The notes under the pieces were generated by a model. The model was not told where the DNA came from. It ran no database searches and saw nothing but the letters and a program-made list of their open reading frames with translations. The position numbers and the translations under genes were made by a program. DNA of 59,346 bases, counting the filler. It is 9 parts of 9 records of this genome, joined end to end, with 100 filler letters (N's around TTAATTAATTAA, not from the genome) between each part and the next. Parts side by side here need not be neighbours in the genome. Positions count along the whole stretch, not along the records: positions 16,703 to 22,241 come from SRR31147125_49906; positions 22,342 to 28,424 come from SRR31147125_49934; positions 28,525 to 35,477 come from SRR31147125_49940; 6 more parts are not named here. One strand, given 5' to 3'. Every line of letters begins with the position of its first letter. The first letter of the stretch is position 1. Shown here one piece after another: positions 21,593-32,778 of the stretch.

Positions 21593-22241
21593 TCACCCGT
21601 TCAGCTCTTCTTTTAAAAACTTAGCGGTAAACGATTTTTTATTTTTGGCAACTTCTTCGGGAGTGCCGGTACAGAGCACTTTCCCGCCATGTTTCCCGCC
21701 TTCGGGGCCAATGTCGATAATGTGGTCGGCCACTTTAATAACATCCAGATTGTGTTCGATTACAATTACCGTATTTCCTTTTTCAACCAACTTGTTTAAT
21801 ACCTCAAGCAGTACGCGAATATCTTCGAAATGTAAGCCGGTAGTGGGCTCGTCGAGAATATAGACTGTTTTTCCGGTGTCGCGTTTTGCCAGTTCCGAAG
21901 CCAGTTTTACACGCTGCGATTCTCCACCCGAAAGTGTGGTCGACGATTGGCCGAGTGTAATGTAACCCAAACCAACATCTTGAAGTGTTTGCAGTTTTTT
22001 TGCAATCGATGGAATATGCTCAAAGAACTCAACACCCATATTTATGGTCATGTCGAGTACGTCGCTGATTGATTTTCCTTTGTAGCGCACTTCCAGCGTT
22101 TCGCGGTTGTAGCGTTTGCCGTTACATTTGTCGCAGGGAACATACACATCGGGCAAGAAGTTCATTTCAATTAATTTCAAACCTCCACCCTGGCATTCCT
22201 CGCAGCGGCCACCTTTTACGTTAAACGAAAAACGCCCCGGT
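21593..22241 (-). CDS. uvrA: Excinuclease ABC subunit A, C-terminal fragment
   Basis: [67 protein letters not shown]. Confidence 0.96.
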
Positions 22242-22344
22242 NNNNNNNNNNNNNNNNNNNNNNNNNNNNNNNNNNNNNNNNNNNNTTAATTAATTAANNN
22301 NNNNNNNNNNNNNNNNNNNNNNNNNNNNNNNNNNNNNNNNNAAA

Positions 22345-22369
22345 GCCGCAGAATCAAGGATTCTGCGGC
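22345..22369 (-). terminator. Intrinsic terminator
   Basis: GCCGCAGAATC-AAG-GATTCTGCGGC just past the stop at 22376. Confidence 0.75.
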
Positions 22370-22375
22370 CAGCCT

Positions 22376-23181
22376 TTAAAATTGATCTACATCGTCGAAA
22401 TATGTTTGGTCATCCCACGATGGTGTTTGATAATCTCTCAACCCTAAATAAATGTAAATGAGAGCGATACCGTAATAAAGTACAAAGAAATATGGCATGG
22501 TAAAACCAATCATAAAAAATACAAACTTTATAAGTGTCGGTCCAGTCAAGGCGTAAATCGATAACTTGTACCGATCTCCAAATGGGATACTCACCTTTAT
22601 AATAGCCAGTAATACCGATACGAAGATTGCCAAAATCAGTGCACTGAACATCTTGCCTAAAAATCCAAATACCGCATATACAACGAGTATCATAATGAAC
22701 ATGTTCTCAAAGATTCCTTTTAAAAACATCACGTCATTCTTTGTAACCGTCTCAGGGAAATCACTGTAATCAACTGTTTGAATTTGACCAGGTTGCTTGA
22801 CATACAAATTGTTTTTACCGGCATACATGACAGATTCATAGGCTTCTTCGAGCTCGTAAAAGTCATATTCACCCTCGGGATCCACAACGATAAAGGTCAT
22901 CTCATCCTGATAAAACACATCTGGCGTCTCCCCATCATATATCAGTTCTCCCGCTTTGATCTTAAAGTATGGGAGTTCCTCATCTAGATAAGTAAAGGCT
23001 ATTTCAACCCCTCTGAAAATCTCATATAGGTCACTCCCGCTTGAAGCGATAGTATGATGAGAGAAAATATAAATATATAAAGGATTGCTGAAGATGTTTT
23101 GCTGCCAACCATGCGCTTATAAAATTGAAAATCTGAAACCGCACGGATCATTTTTGTAAATAAATTATCTCTGTTTTCCAT
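22376..23181 (-). CDS. DUF1189-family membrane protein, frameshift near 23005
   Basis: AILYIFIFSL, LPYFKIKAGEL (manual reading), YKLSIYALTGP; AGGAGG RBS. Confidence 0.75.
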
Positions 23182-23232
23182 TAAAATTCTCCTCCTAGCA
23201 CATTATTATACACCATTTTTCTTAAGAAAAGA

Positions 23233-24417
23233 TTAAGTCTTCAAAATTTCTTTTTTCTGTGTTTTACCATAGTAGTAGATGGCTAGACCATTTGTCAGTG
23301 CCATGGCAAAGAACAGGACATAATTGGCTACAAAAGGAGTTGTAACATCCACAAGCTTACCGAACAGTGGATAAAAGACAGCCGCCACTAGGGAAACAAT
23401 CAAACTGTAAAAAGAAAGAATCGTAGCCCGCTTCTCCGATGAAATATATTTGTTCATATACTTGGTCACAACCGGTCTATAGAGGCCCCGAGCCATTTGT
23501 TGTAAGAATATGAAACACGCCCCAATCCAGACTGTCGTCATTCCCATGAGTAGGAAGGACAAAAGCAAAAGACCTGATAAAAACATCAATGTTCTCCCCT
23601 TGGTCAATCGGATAACAGTTTGAACTCTGTTTGCAGTAAAGCCTGCAACCATATTAAAAAGGGCAAAGAAGATACCAATGGTCTGAACATTTAAACCTAT
23701 GGCATTCATATAAGGTTGGTAGAGAAAGAATCCCAACCTGAAAAATGTATAAAAAGTCATGCCAAAAAAGATGATTGCTCTTATTCTTGGATGTGTTAAA
23801 GCATACTTGCCACTTTCATAAACATGTTTGAAATAGGAGTCCTTTTCATCACTTTCTTTGTGATAAGCTGGTTCGTCAAATGAAAGGGCAATAAAAACAG
23901 CTATAGTTGATGCTATTACAGATATAACCATAGGAAGATGTATATTCCAAGCGTAAACAAAACCAGAAATCACAGAACCTACAGCTTGTCCATAATACAT
24001 ATAGGCATTAGAGGCCCCCGTTACTTCACTGTACTTGTCCTCTTCACCATGGTCTTTTAGCAAATCAAAGAGATAGGCATTATTAGATCCTGATTTAAAG
24101 GTTAAGCCCAGTGCAAATAAGACTTCTGCAATGGCACATATATAAAAATTGGGTGCAAAGATATAAAGGGTCAAGGACAGACTCCAAAAGGCTGATCCTA
24201 TTGCCAAACTGGCTTTTCTACTGAGACGGTCTGCCAAGGCCCCTGTCGGCACTTCAAAGAGAAAGACACAAAAGGCGGATATGGAGTTGAGCATCATAAT
24301 TTGTGTGAAGCTCAAGCCCTTAGAATATAAATAAAACATAATGATTGGGCCAATGATTATGAATTGTGAAAACAACATATAGAGTTTGTAAGCTTTGATA
24401 TTTTTTGATAAGTTCAT
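23233..24417 (-). CDS. MFS transporter
   Basis: FEVPTGALADRLSRK motif A, KSGSNNAYLFD, RATILS; many TM segments. Start ATG 24417 after GGGGG RBS. Confidence 0.9.
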   Translation of the reverse strand: MNLSKNIKAYKLYMLFSQFIIIGPIIMFYLYSKGLSFTQIMMLNSISAFCVFLFEVPTGALADRLSRKASLAIGSAFWSLSLTLYIFAPNFYICAIAEVLFALGLTFKSGSNNAYLFDLLKDHGEEDKYSEVTGASNAYMYYGQAVGSVISGFVYAWNIHLPMVISVIASTIAVFIALSFDEPAYHKESDEKDSYFKHVYESGKYALTHPRIRAIIFFGMTFYTFFRLGFFLYQPYMNAIGLNVQTIGIFFALFNMVAGFTANRVQTVIRLTKGRTLMFLSGLLLLSFLLMGMTTVWIGACFIFLQQMARGLYRPVVTKYMNKYISSEKRATILSFYSLIVSLVAAVFYPLFGKLVDVTTPFVANYVLFFAMALTNGLAIYYYGKTQKKEILKT

Positions 24418-24448
24418 AAAATCGTCCCCCTTTTTAGGTATTTCAACT

Positions 24449-24477
24449 AGTGTACGCCACTGGTGGACAATTGTCAA
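24449..24477 (-). promoter_or_regulatory. SigA-type promoter with overlapping palindromic operator
   Basis: TTGACA-17 nt-TACACT on minus; imperfect palindrome TGTACGCCACTGGTGGACA at 24451-24469. Confidence 0.7.
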
Positions 24478-24505
24478 CATAATTCATGTCCTTACTCAAA
24501 CAAAA

Positions 24506-24527
24506 CAGATGCACTTGAGTGCATCTG
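24506..24527 (-). terminator. Intrinsic terminator
   Basis: CAGATGCAC-TTGA-GTGCATCTG followed by TTTTGTTTG on minus. Confidence 0.75.
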
Positions 24528-24540
24528 CCTAAATTAAGTC

Positions 24541-25117
24541 TTAATATACATCATGAAGCAAATCGTAATAGCTTTCGTCAATTTCTAAATGCGTCTCAAG
24601 CAAAGTCACAACATCCTCTAATAACTGAGCAACATATGTTTCGTCAATTGACTCTTCACTCAAAGCCTCCCTAAGCGCTGTTCTAACAGTTTTCATATCA
24701 GACCTATTTGAGTCAACCTCAACTTTTTTTAAGTCTAAAATTGCCTTAAGTTCTTCTCGTGTTTCTTTTACATTGGCATCTCCAATCATTGCTTTAACGT
24801 CTTCTTTTGTCAACTCACCACTCATAACTTGAGATCTAATGGACTCACGATTAAGTTTTTCTTTCCTCTTTTAATAGTTCTCTCTCCGCCTTAGCAGCTT
24901 CATGGAATGACTGATGTGCTTCATTGACAGTATTAAAGGCTACAAGGGCATCTGGGTTATAACTTTCAAATGTCTCCACAAGTTTCTGTCTCAATACCTC
25001 TTTGTCAACGTTCCTTTGTCTCTCATGATTTACAACTTCCGTCTCATCTGCGAACACCACTGCTGAACTTGCAAAAGCCATTAAAGCTACCATCATAATT
25101 ACCATTATTTTTTTCAT
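24541..25117 (-). CDS. Secreted alpha-helical hypothetical protein, frameshift near 24855
   Basis: Signal peptide MKKIMVIMMVALMAFASSAVVFA; charged helical sequence; AGGAGG RBS; two ORFs join at a homopolymer. Confidence 0.7.
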
Positions 25118-25218
25118 ATTTTTTCTCCTCCTTGGTTTATATCTCTATAATAGGTGTTAAATGTGAGAAAAGTGTGTGAAAAAAATATGATTTGTGTGAA
25201 AGAATTAAAATCCTACTT

Positions 25219-27320
25219 CTATTTTCCCTTCGAAGACTCTTTATCTTCATACATTCTTTTATCAGCAGTATGGAACAAATCATCTACCGTTGTTCCAAGA
25301 TCATACCTTAATGCGTAGCCAACAGACGTATAAATCCCCTGCATAAGCGTGTCATCCTCTAAGGTGTACTCAATATAGGGACATTCTTTTTTTACCTTTT
25401 GAACTAAAGCTTCTATTTCATCAAGGGTCACATTAGGCAGACAGATTAAAAATTCATCGCCACCCATCCGCATGATTTGGTCTGAGTCTATCAGGGTTAA
25501 TAAATATTTAGAAAAAGCTTTGATATAAGCATCTCCAGCCTGGTGACCAAAGGTATCATTTGTCTTTTTTAAATCGTTTAAATCCATAACAACCATACCT
25601 TGAGGCAATAACATGTCATCCATTCTTTCAGTATACTCGTTAAAATATAACCTGTTGTTTAGACCTGTTAAAATATCAGTGTACATGAGTTGTTCCCGTT
25701 CTTTCATGACAGCAAGATCTGCCCTCTGAATGATTGTTGACCGTACCATTCTAAAAGTAAAAATATTACAAGCAGTAAGACCACACCCATAACTACTAAG
25801 ATCTTTCTTAAGCGTGTGTTAAAAACATTGTCTAGCCTTGGCGACTTTTGTATGCCCTCGTACTTGGCTTTGTCATAATCCATTAAAAGCATACTTTTAT
25901 TAAAGGATGTCACAAAGTCACTATTCTCTTTATGAGTACCAAAATAAAGGTATGAATCTGCTGATGTCTCCCCTCTTACGGCTATATTGTTGTAGCCCAA
26001 TTGGTCGATGTAATAATCGGACACTGTAGGATTTTCTATAAAATAATCCACTTCTTTTTTATTGATTAAATCCAGTGTTTCAGATATATCCTTTGTGGTG
26101 ACAATGGTTACATTTTGAAGGTTCTTTTTCAGGTGTTCTTCATGCCAAAATCCTTCTATAACTGCGACTCTATACCCCTCAAGCCCATATATGTCATGGA
26201 CGTAGTCAGAGCTTCTTAAACCATAGATATTGTCTCTTTCATTTGAAAAAGGGTGGGTAAACATATATACTTTTGCACGGTCATCTGTTTTAGCCATATT
26301 TAAAAGATCTATCTGTCCTTTTTCTAAGGCCTCATACATTTCATCGAAGCTGCCTGATACTGCAACAATATGAACCCCTAAAAGATCTGAATACTGGTTT
26401 AAATACTCTCCTGCAACACCTGTATATTGGCCATTTTCATAATGATCAATTGGTAAATAGTCGTTTGGAACCCCAATAACGATTGAAGGATCCGCAGACA
26501 ACCATTCTTGTTCTGAAGGTGTCAATCTCAAGATTTTTCTCACGTAAACATGCCTAGCACTGACAACCTTTTTTTCAAAGGCTCCCTTTCTATCCTCAAT
26601 AATCTTATCTAAAATGGAAATGAGTATATCATTCTCTTTTAAAGTTGAAAAAGTCATCTCCGACTGTATAGAAGAAAGTTCCACCACTTCATGGATGTCT
26701 GGATACTGATAAAGATAGTCCCATACAACCTCTCCGCCCGATGTCACAAATGCATCGATTTCATTCAAGGACAAGGCTTCCATGCCACTGTGTTGGTCAT
26801 CATACAATCGACTGATCACATGGATGTTATCATACATGTTTATCAATTCTTCTTTGACAATATCCCCTTCTATAAAACCTACCACCTTACCATCTATATC
26901 ACCAAGCGTCGTTATGGGGCTTTTTTTATTGGTTAGAATTGTATAAGGATATGCGTGAATGGAATCTGTAAAGACCATGGTTTTCAATCTTTCTTCCGTG
27001 GCATTTGCTCCAAATAGAATATCAATATCACGGTCAAATAGACCACTATAGGCCTTGCCCCAAGTCAAGGAATCATCGATTACTATATTCAAACCTGTTT
27101 CAGCATTGAATATTTCAACAGCATCGATTAAAAAGCCATAGGTCGAACCTCTGAACTCAAAATAATCCATGCCTGAAAAAGGATCGAATCCAAGAACAAA
27201 TGTCTGCCCTACATTTTCATCTAACCAAGTTTCTTCTTCAATTGTAAATGGTGTTTCGGCAAATGATACCGACATCAACATCATAAATAATAAAGTAAAA
27301 ATTAAAACGAGCTTTTTCAC
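25219..27320 (-). CDS. Diguanylate cyclase with two family-3 solute-binding domains, frameshift near 25750
   Basis: Two SBP_bac_3-like repeats, TM helix, TDILTGLNNR, DLNDLKKTNDTFGHQAGD, RMGGDEF. Confidence 0.88.
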
Positions 27321-27331
27321 GTTGTCCCTTT

Positions 27332-28231
27332 CTATCCCTTAGTCCTATTGAACTGAATCACTGCAACTATAATTATTGCCCCACTGATTAAATTGAGTGG
27401 GTTAAATACTTCTTTTAAAAACACACTGGCCATGATAACTGAAAATATTGGTACTAAATTAATAAACAAGGCCATCACAGCAGGTCCTAATGCTTTTATA
27501 ACCATTTGTTGTATGGTGTAACCAATTACTGTCGGAAATATAGCCATATATAAAACTGCAATAAATGGCATCCAACCAATTTGTGCAAAATCCGTTGTCA
27601 GTATTTCTGGCACGGCAAAGGGCGTCAAGATTACAACAGCACCAAGAAAAGTATAAGCCGTCAGCTTAAGTGGTGTGAAGTGAACGATAACACGTTTTAC
27701 AATAATACTGTATGCAGCCCAACAAATGGTTCCCATGAACATGATTAAATCCCCTTTGTTCACAGTCATGGTCCTAAGCATTTCCATATTCCAATCAGCT
27801 ATTGTTAAGGTAACACCAATAAAAGCCATAAAGATATATACCATTTGTCTTTTAGATATTTTATCTTTTAAGAATATATAGGCAAAAATTGCCGTCAATA
27901 TGGGATTGGTCGCATTGATAATTGAAGCCTTCGATGCCGTCGTAAATCTCAAGGCATTGAAGAAAAAGATGTGGTAACCTATCATACCTACTAGACCCGT
28001 CAAAAGGACATACTTAATATGGTCACGTTCAATGACCCAATCAGGCTCTCTTTTTATCAAGATTGGAAAAATGATTATACAGGCAAACAACATCCTAAAA
28101 TAAGTCAACAAGAGTGGCGACAGTTTCCCAACACCAAGTTTCCCCGCAATGAATGCCCCTGCCCACAGCACCGTTCCAAACACCATTAAGCCATAATATT
28201 TTCTCTTATCTATTGTATCTACACTCATCAT
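27332..28231 (-). CDS. DMT/EamA family transporter
   Basis: LWAGAFIAGK, ALRFTTASKASII, FINLVPIFS; two EamA repeats. Confidence 0.92.
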   Translation of the reverse strand: MMSVDTIDKRKYYGLMVFGTVLWAGAFIAGKLGVGKLSPLLLTYFRMLFACIIIFPILIKREPDWVIERDHIKYVLLTGLVGMIGYHIFFFNALRFTTASKASIINATNPILTAIFAYIFLKDKISKRQMVYIFMAFIGVTLTIADWNMEMLRTMTVNKGDLIMFMGTICWAAYSIIVKRVIVHFTPLKLTAYTFLGAVVILTPFAVPEILTTDFAQIGWMPFIAVLYMAIFPTVIGYTIQQMVIKALGPAVMALFINLVPIFSVIMASVFLKEVFNPLNLISGAIIIVAVIQFNRTKG

Positions 28232-28331
28232 AATACCCCCCGTCTTATTATTATACTAAAAAAAATAAGATATCCAAAACATATCCCTCACAAGCTTTAA
28301 GCAATGCTATAATAGACTTGGAGGTACAATT

Positions 28332-28424
28332 ATGACACTTGAACAATTAGAAGAACTCCTCGTCAAAGCCATTGATGAAACGGCTTCAGATTTACATTTG
28401 ACAGTTGGTATGCCGCCGGCATTT
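28332..28424 (+). CDS. pilT: PilT-family retraction ATPase, N-terminal fragment
   Basis: MTLEQLEELLVKAIDETASDLHLTVGMPPAF (ASDLHL-x-VG-x-PP); GGAGG RBS; cut by spacer. Confidence 0.75.
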
Positions 28425-28524
28425 NNNNNNNNNNNNNNNNNNNNNNNNNNNNNNNNNNNNNNNNNNNNTTAATTAATTAANNNNNNNNNNNNNNNNNNNN
28501 NNNNNNNNNNNNNNNNNNNNNNNN

Positions 28525-29159
28525 CCATAAGGGGCAAGCCCCATCAGCTTGTATTCACCGCTGTTGACCTTGAACCCGCAATAATAGGTAAACGCTGAAT
28601 AAAGCAACCCTAAAGAATGGGGAAAATCAAGCTCCTGAAGCATTGTAATCTGATTGCCCTGAGCATGTCCGATCGTTGTTGTCGCCCATTCTCCGACACC
28701 ATCCAAGGTAAGAATTGCCGCTTCTGAAAAGGGTGATGGATAAAACGCGCTGGCCGCATGTGAAAGATGGTGTTCCGGGAAAATGAGTTTAGGACTGGCG
28801 CACCCGAGTTTCTCAAACTCTTTTTTCAGCATCTGGCGCATCATAAGTTTTTCTTTGACCCAGACAGGAATTGCCGCAAGAAAGCTTTCGAGCCCCTTAG
28901 GCGCAAAACCATGATACGTCTCCAGAAGTCGCTCAAATTTGACATAGGGTTTGTCATAAAATGCAACGGCCTTGACGTCTTTCAGCTCGACTCCACCCTC
29001 CTCCAGGACATAGGAGACAGCATTCACGGGAAAACCGGAGTCATGCTTCTTGCGTGAAAACCTCTCCTCATGAGCGGCCGCCACTATTTCTCCATCGATA
29101 ATAAGCGCTGCTGCACTATCATGATAGAAAGCGGAAATTCCTAGAATATTTTCGGTCAT
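28525..29159 (-). CDS. NodU/CmcH-family carbamoyltransferase (SxtI-like), 3'-truncated
   Basis: ILGISAFYHDSAAAL, EERFSRKKHD, EHHLSHAASAFY, DGVGEW, SGEYKLMGLAPY. Confidence 0.93.
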
Positions 29160-29172
29160 GACTTTTTTCTCA

Positions 29173-29321
29173 CTAGAAAATCGTGTATATGAATGGTGCA
29201 ATTGCAGTCCCGCCGGTAAGTACAATCAACATCCCGAACGAAAGAAGAGTCAAAAGAATCGGCAGCAGCCAGAATTTTTTCTGACCTTCAGAAATCCCCA
29301 TAAATCGTTTAAAGTTTCCAT
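29173..29321 (-). CDS. DUF5989/SxtK-like small membrane protein, 1-nt deletion in homopolymer at about 29275
   Basis: Manual reading METLNDLWGFLKVRK|KFWLLPILLTLLSFGMLIVLTGGTAIAPFIYTIF; absent from the ORF track. Confidence 0.85.
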
Positions 29322-29336
29322 CTCTAACCCTCCCCC

Positions 29337-29726
29337 TTAATAAGGGTGATCCAGGTCGTTTTCAGTAAAAACGTGCTCCCTGACCCGAAAAACAGAATGG
29401 CTTCCCTGCTTCCAGGCTTTCAGCTTCATGGCGTCCTTACCCATAGCCCTTCGCACCAGACTGACGGGAAAAACAACCAGAAAAAAGATAATTGTCAGCA
29501 CCACTTTAGATACAACTGCCCCCAGTGCCTGTGAAAATCCAAACCATACCTTCGCAAAAGGCTGGAATAAAACGGGGACTGACATCGCTATCACCAAGAG
29601 CACAATGCTGGTGATAATGAAAAAATGTGAAGCGAAAAACTGCGAAAGGATTAAACAGATGAGGACAAGAGCTAATCCGGAATCCTTACTTTGTTGCGAT
29701 GTTACATCTTTGGCTAAAAGAGACAT
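29337..29726 (-). CDS. SxtJ-family membrane protein
   Basis: KDSGLA, W.GFS..LG.V.SKVVL, RRAMGKD, DLDHPY. Confidence 0.85.
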   Translation of the reverse strand: MSLLAKDVTSQQSKDSGLALVLICLILSQFFASHFFIITSIVLLVIAMSVPVLFQPFAKVWFGFSQALGAVVSKVVLTIIFFLVVFPVSLVRRAMGKDAMKLKAWKQGSHSVFRVREHVFTENDLDHPY

Positions 29727-29967
29727 CACCCCTCCGAAAAAATGTGTTTTCTATGAAAACGGGCCATTTCCAAATTTTTTCAGTAAGTCTCAATGAATAT
29801 TGCGCCATTTCAAAGTATGCCCCATTTATGGCCTTTTGCGCTGAGAACCAGCAGACGAAAGGACCTGTCTTTTCTGAAATATTACCAATTCGGTCATAGT
29901 TGTCAAGTATATCAAATGTCCTCGAATTCCGGATTTCCTGATACGGATTGTGCCGTCGAGAATGGAA

Positions 29968-30698
29968 TTATGATTCTGCTTTATCGTCTTCCAAAATGCG
30001 CAGGAATTCGGGGGGAGTGGCTGATTCAAACCGTCTGGTTTGATGTGTATCGGGAAGTTCCAGCTCCAGGAAAAGGGAATGAAGAGCCAGGCGGGAAAAG
30101 GAATGACGGGTGTTGATAAACTCCACAGCTCGTTTTGAGCCATACCTGCGATCCCCGAGAACGGGATGGCCTGCAAGCTTGGCGTGACGTCTGATCTGAT
30201 GTTTGCGCCCTGTCATGGGGGAGCAGGCGATCAGGGCGTAATGAGGGCTCTGGTCGAGCATCTGAACGCGGGTGGTGCAGGGGACTTTCTTCCCCTTGCC
30301 TGCAGGGTTTTCCCTTCCCCCGGCTTCGGGGAAAGGGGGCGGTCCCAAACCTGTTCCGACCCGTCAGTTTCCTTGAAGCAACCGTGCACCACTGCCATAT
30401 ATTTTTTGCTGATTCGGCGTTCTTCAAACTGGAGAGAAAACCAACGCACAGCTTCAGGGTTAACTCCCAGAAGCATGACTCCGCTGGTTTCGCGATCAAG
30501 GCGGTGAACAGGGCTGATGGTGCCGCCCTTTTCGTAAGCCAGACGTTGCGCCAGTTCCGGGTCCCGCTCGATCCTTTTCCGCACCAGGGAAACCAGATCC
30601 CTGCACGGTTCGTTGTGAACGCTCATGTCACAGGCTTTGTCCACCACAAGCCAGCCCGGTCCCGAATCGATGATATTTATCAGCTTTGCCTCATCCAT
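29968..30698 (-). CDS. RluA-family RNA pseudouridine synthase, frameshift near 30335
   Basis: WLVVDKA, VHRLDRETSG, TGRKHQIRRH, GHPVLGDRRYG, RLALHS across ORFs 30231..30698 and 29968..30348. Confidence 0.9.
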
Positions 30699-30969
30699 TT
30701 TTTTCGAGCCCTGGATTTCTTTCTGTTTCAGGCACTTTAGGTCAGCCTTTATCAGATGTTTTTCATTTCCAAAATCAATTCTGTCCCCAACTTGTTAAAA
30801 ATACAAGAATCAATTTTTACTGAAAATATGGCAAATGATTTTGTCCCCTCATTGCCTCAACTGAATGTACTGCAAGTACGCCTGCAGCGCACATCGCTGT
30901 GCTTGCCAATATCTGACGTGCACTTGTCGGTTTGGCGCCAACTCTCATAAACAAACCGGGTCAAACAAT

Positions 30970-31002
30970 GGCTTGAGACGGCCCGTAAGGTCGTCTCAAG
31001 CC
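30970..31002 (-). terminator. Terminator-like hairpin after arylsulfotransferase
   Basis: GGCTTGAGACG / CGTCTCAAGCC 11-bp perfect stem. Confidence 0.65.
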
Positions 31003-31017
31003 TTACAAGTCAGAATT

Positions 31018-32778
31018 CTACTCACAAACATCATATGTACCATTACCATCTTTATCCTTTAACGCCTTTCTTGGAACCCACCAGTAAGGCACGCGATAAG
31101 CACGGTAAATGGATCCGAAGAAACCGCCACCTTCAATCCAATCAGGAGCGTATTCCCAGACAACCTCCTTTTTCCTGGTGACCTCGAAGACCCGTCCAGT
31201 GTCCGCCTCGGTGATAAGCGTATTGCCGTTGCGCAGACGTTGGGCGCCGGACATGATATTGCTATAGAATAAATGGTTGTTGCCGAGGGCATCACCAGAG
31301 GTGGATTTCGCCTGAACGTATTGCCAGACGATCTGTTTCGTTCTGGGGTTGATTTCGAGGACCCGGGAGAAATTCCTGTACTTATTAGGCCAGAAGCCCA
31401 GTTTCCCGTAGTACTTATCCGGATTATCCAGCTCATCCGGATCGGTCAATCCTTCGATAAGTGCCCCATAACCGGCGCCGCCCCCATTGTCGAAAATCAG
31501 GATGTTACCGCCGCCGGGAAGTGTGTGTGGAATCATGTAGGCCATGTGCTGACCGATGATCTGTCCGACTTGGCCATCCTCACCGTCCGTTCCGTAGTTA
31601 GGGCCAAGTCTCCAGACGATATCCCCCGCATTCCAATCGCCGTCCGGATGGTCATGCCTGGCGATAATAATCGTTACGTTCAGCGAGCGGAAATCGGCGA
31701 TGATATTATCCGGATGGAAGCGTTGATCCTTATATTTGCTGTACCACTTGTTTTTACCGAGCCAGGCAACAGAGTTGCCGTGGGACCAGTCTTCCCTGCT
31801 TCCGAAACCCACATTTGACCAACTGTTGCCGGCCCCTCCGCTGTTAAGCCCCAGATCCAGGGCATACCGGGCAGCATCATCCTCAGCCAGCCCAAAACCG
31901 AGATCACCTGGACCGGCGGGCAGGAAATGATCCCGGGCGTTCCATTCGAACAGGGCGTTAGTGCCGTCCCAGTCCCAGGGAATCTCTCGAATCACGTCAT
32001 CCGTTATTGGCCTGTGAGGCCGTGCTGGATCATGTCTTTTAACGTCAACAATGTACGTCGTGTCTTCTACCAAATCAACCCCGGCCTCTTCGTCCGGACC
32101 GACGTCGACAGCGCCCAGCGAAAGACTCTTTCCATGATTGGTAAGGGCGCCCTTTCCGGGGTAGTAATAGCCGGTAGTGCTCCCTTCCCTCTGGTGATCG
32201 TGATGATTATTCAAACCCTCAAACACTTTAACCATATTCCCGCACCAGTCTCGCTGGACAAGATCACCGCCACCAAAAAATCCACCCTCTCCACTGACGA
32301 TGTCACCCCCCTTGAGCATTTTTGCCGCGCCGCCAAACCCCCCGGCGGCACCGGACCATTGGTGGACGACATTACCGTACATGTCGATCAAGGTAACAGC
32401 AGGACTGCCAAAACCACCAGGCCCAACAAAGGCATTGAGGACAGTATAGCCCTTCCAGCTTTTACCAGGCTTGTGGATTCTCAACCCGCGCTCTCCCGCG
32501 AGTTCAGCAAGAGGCATTCGAGTCAGCCCATTATCACCCATCCCACTATCGGCATTGGGCAAATTATCGGGGTTTAGCACTACCGGCATGGCTTTCAGAA
32601 GAGCATCATGGATTTCCTTCTGCTTAGTATAGTCAATAAGCCCAATTGGCCCCGAATCTGAGACATCGGTCCCCTGCCAGAAGAAACTGTTCGCCTGAAG
32701 TGCTGGAGTCCACACAAAAAAGGCTGCTGTTGTTAGCAGAAATAACATGGTTAGAATCATTGATACATTTCTTTTCAT
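31018..32778 (-). CDS. Secreted aryl-sulfate sulfotransferase (ASST-family beta-propeller)
   Basis: Signal peptide; LIDMYGNVVHQW, HHDHQREG, DWSHGNS, GQH, ILIFDNG, SGAQRLRNGNTLITE. GGAGG RBS before ATG 32778. Confidence 0.85.
   Translation of the reverse strand: MKRNVSMILTMLFLLTTAAFFVWTPALQANSFFWQGTDVSDSGPIGLIDYTKQKEIHDALLKAMPVVLNPDNLPNADSGMGDNGLTRMPLAELAGERGLRIHKPGKSWKGYTVLNAFVGPGGFGSPAVTLIDMYGNVVHQWSGAAGGFGGAAKMLKGGDIVSGEGGFFGGGDLVQRDWCGNMVKVFEGLNNHHDHQREGSTTGYYYPGKGALTNHGKSLSLGAVDVGPDEEAGVDLVEDTTYIVDVKRHDPARPHRPITDDVIREIPWDWDGTNALFEWNARDHFLPAGPGDLGFGLAEDDAARYALDLGLNSGGAGNSWSNVGFGSREDWSHGNSVAWLGKNKWYSKYKDQRFHPDNIIADFRSLNVTIIIARHDHPDGDWNAGDIVWRLGPNYGTDGEDGQVGQIIGQHMAYMIPHTLPGGGNILIFDNGGGAGYGALIEGLTDPDELDNPDKYYGKLGFWPNKYRNFSRVLEINPRTKQIVWQYVQAKSTSGDALGNNHLFYSNIMSGAQRLRNGNTLITEADTGRVFEVTRKKEVVWEYAPDWIEGGGFFGSIYRAYRVPYWWVPRKALKDKDGNGTYDVCE

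Noticed and set aside
28525-29726. Saxitoxin biosynthesis
   Set aside because: Only the widespread sxtIJK-like trio is present; no core sxt genes.
30865-31062. Cys-rich ORF MYCKYACSAHRCACQYLTCTC as a RiPP precursor or metallothionein
   Set aside because: No RBS or modifying enzymes; the Cys codons arise from palindromic DNA and the ORF runs through a terminator.
31273-32577. Long antisense ORFs over ASST, and similar ones over 33290-33769, 47744-48382 and 50956-52488
   Set aside because: Shadow ORFs opposite well-supported genes in GC-richer DNA.
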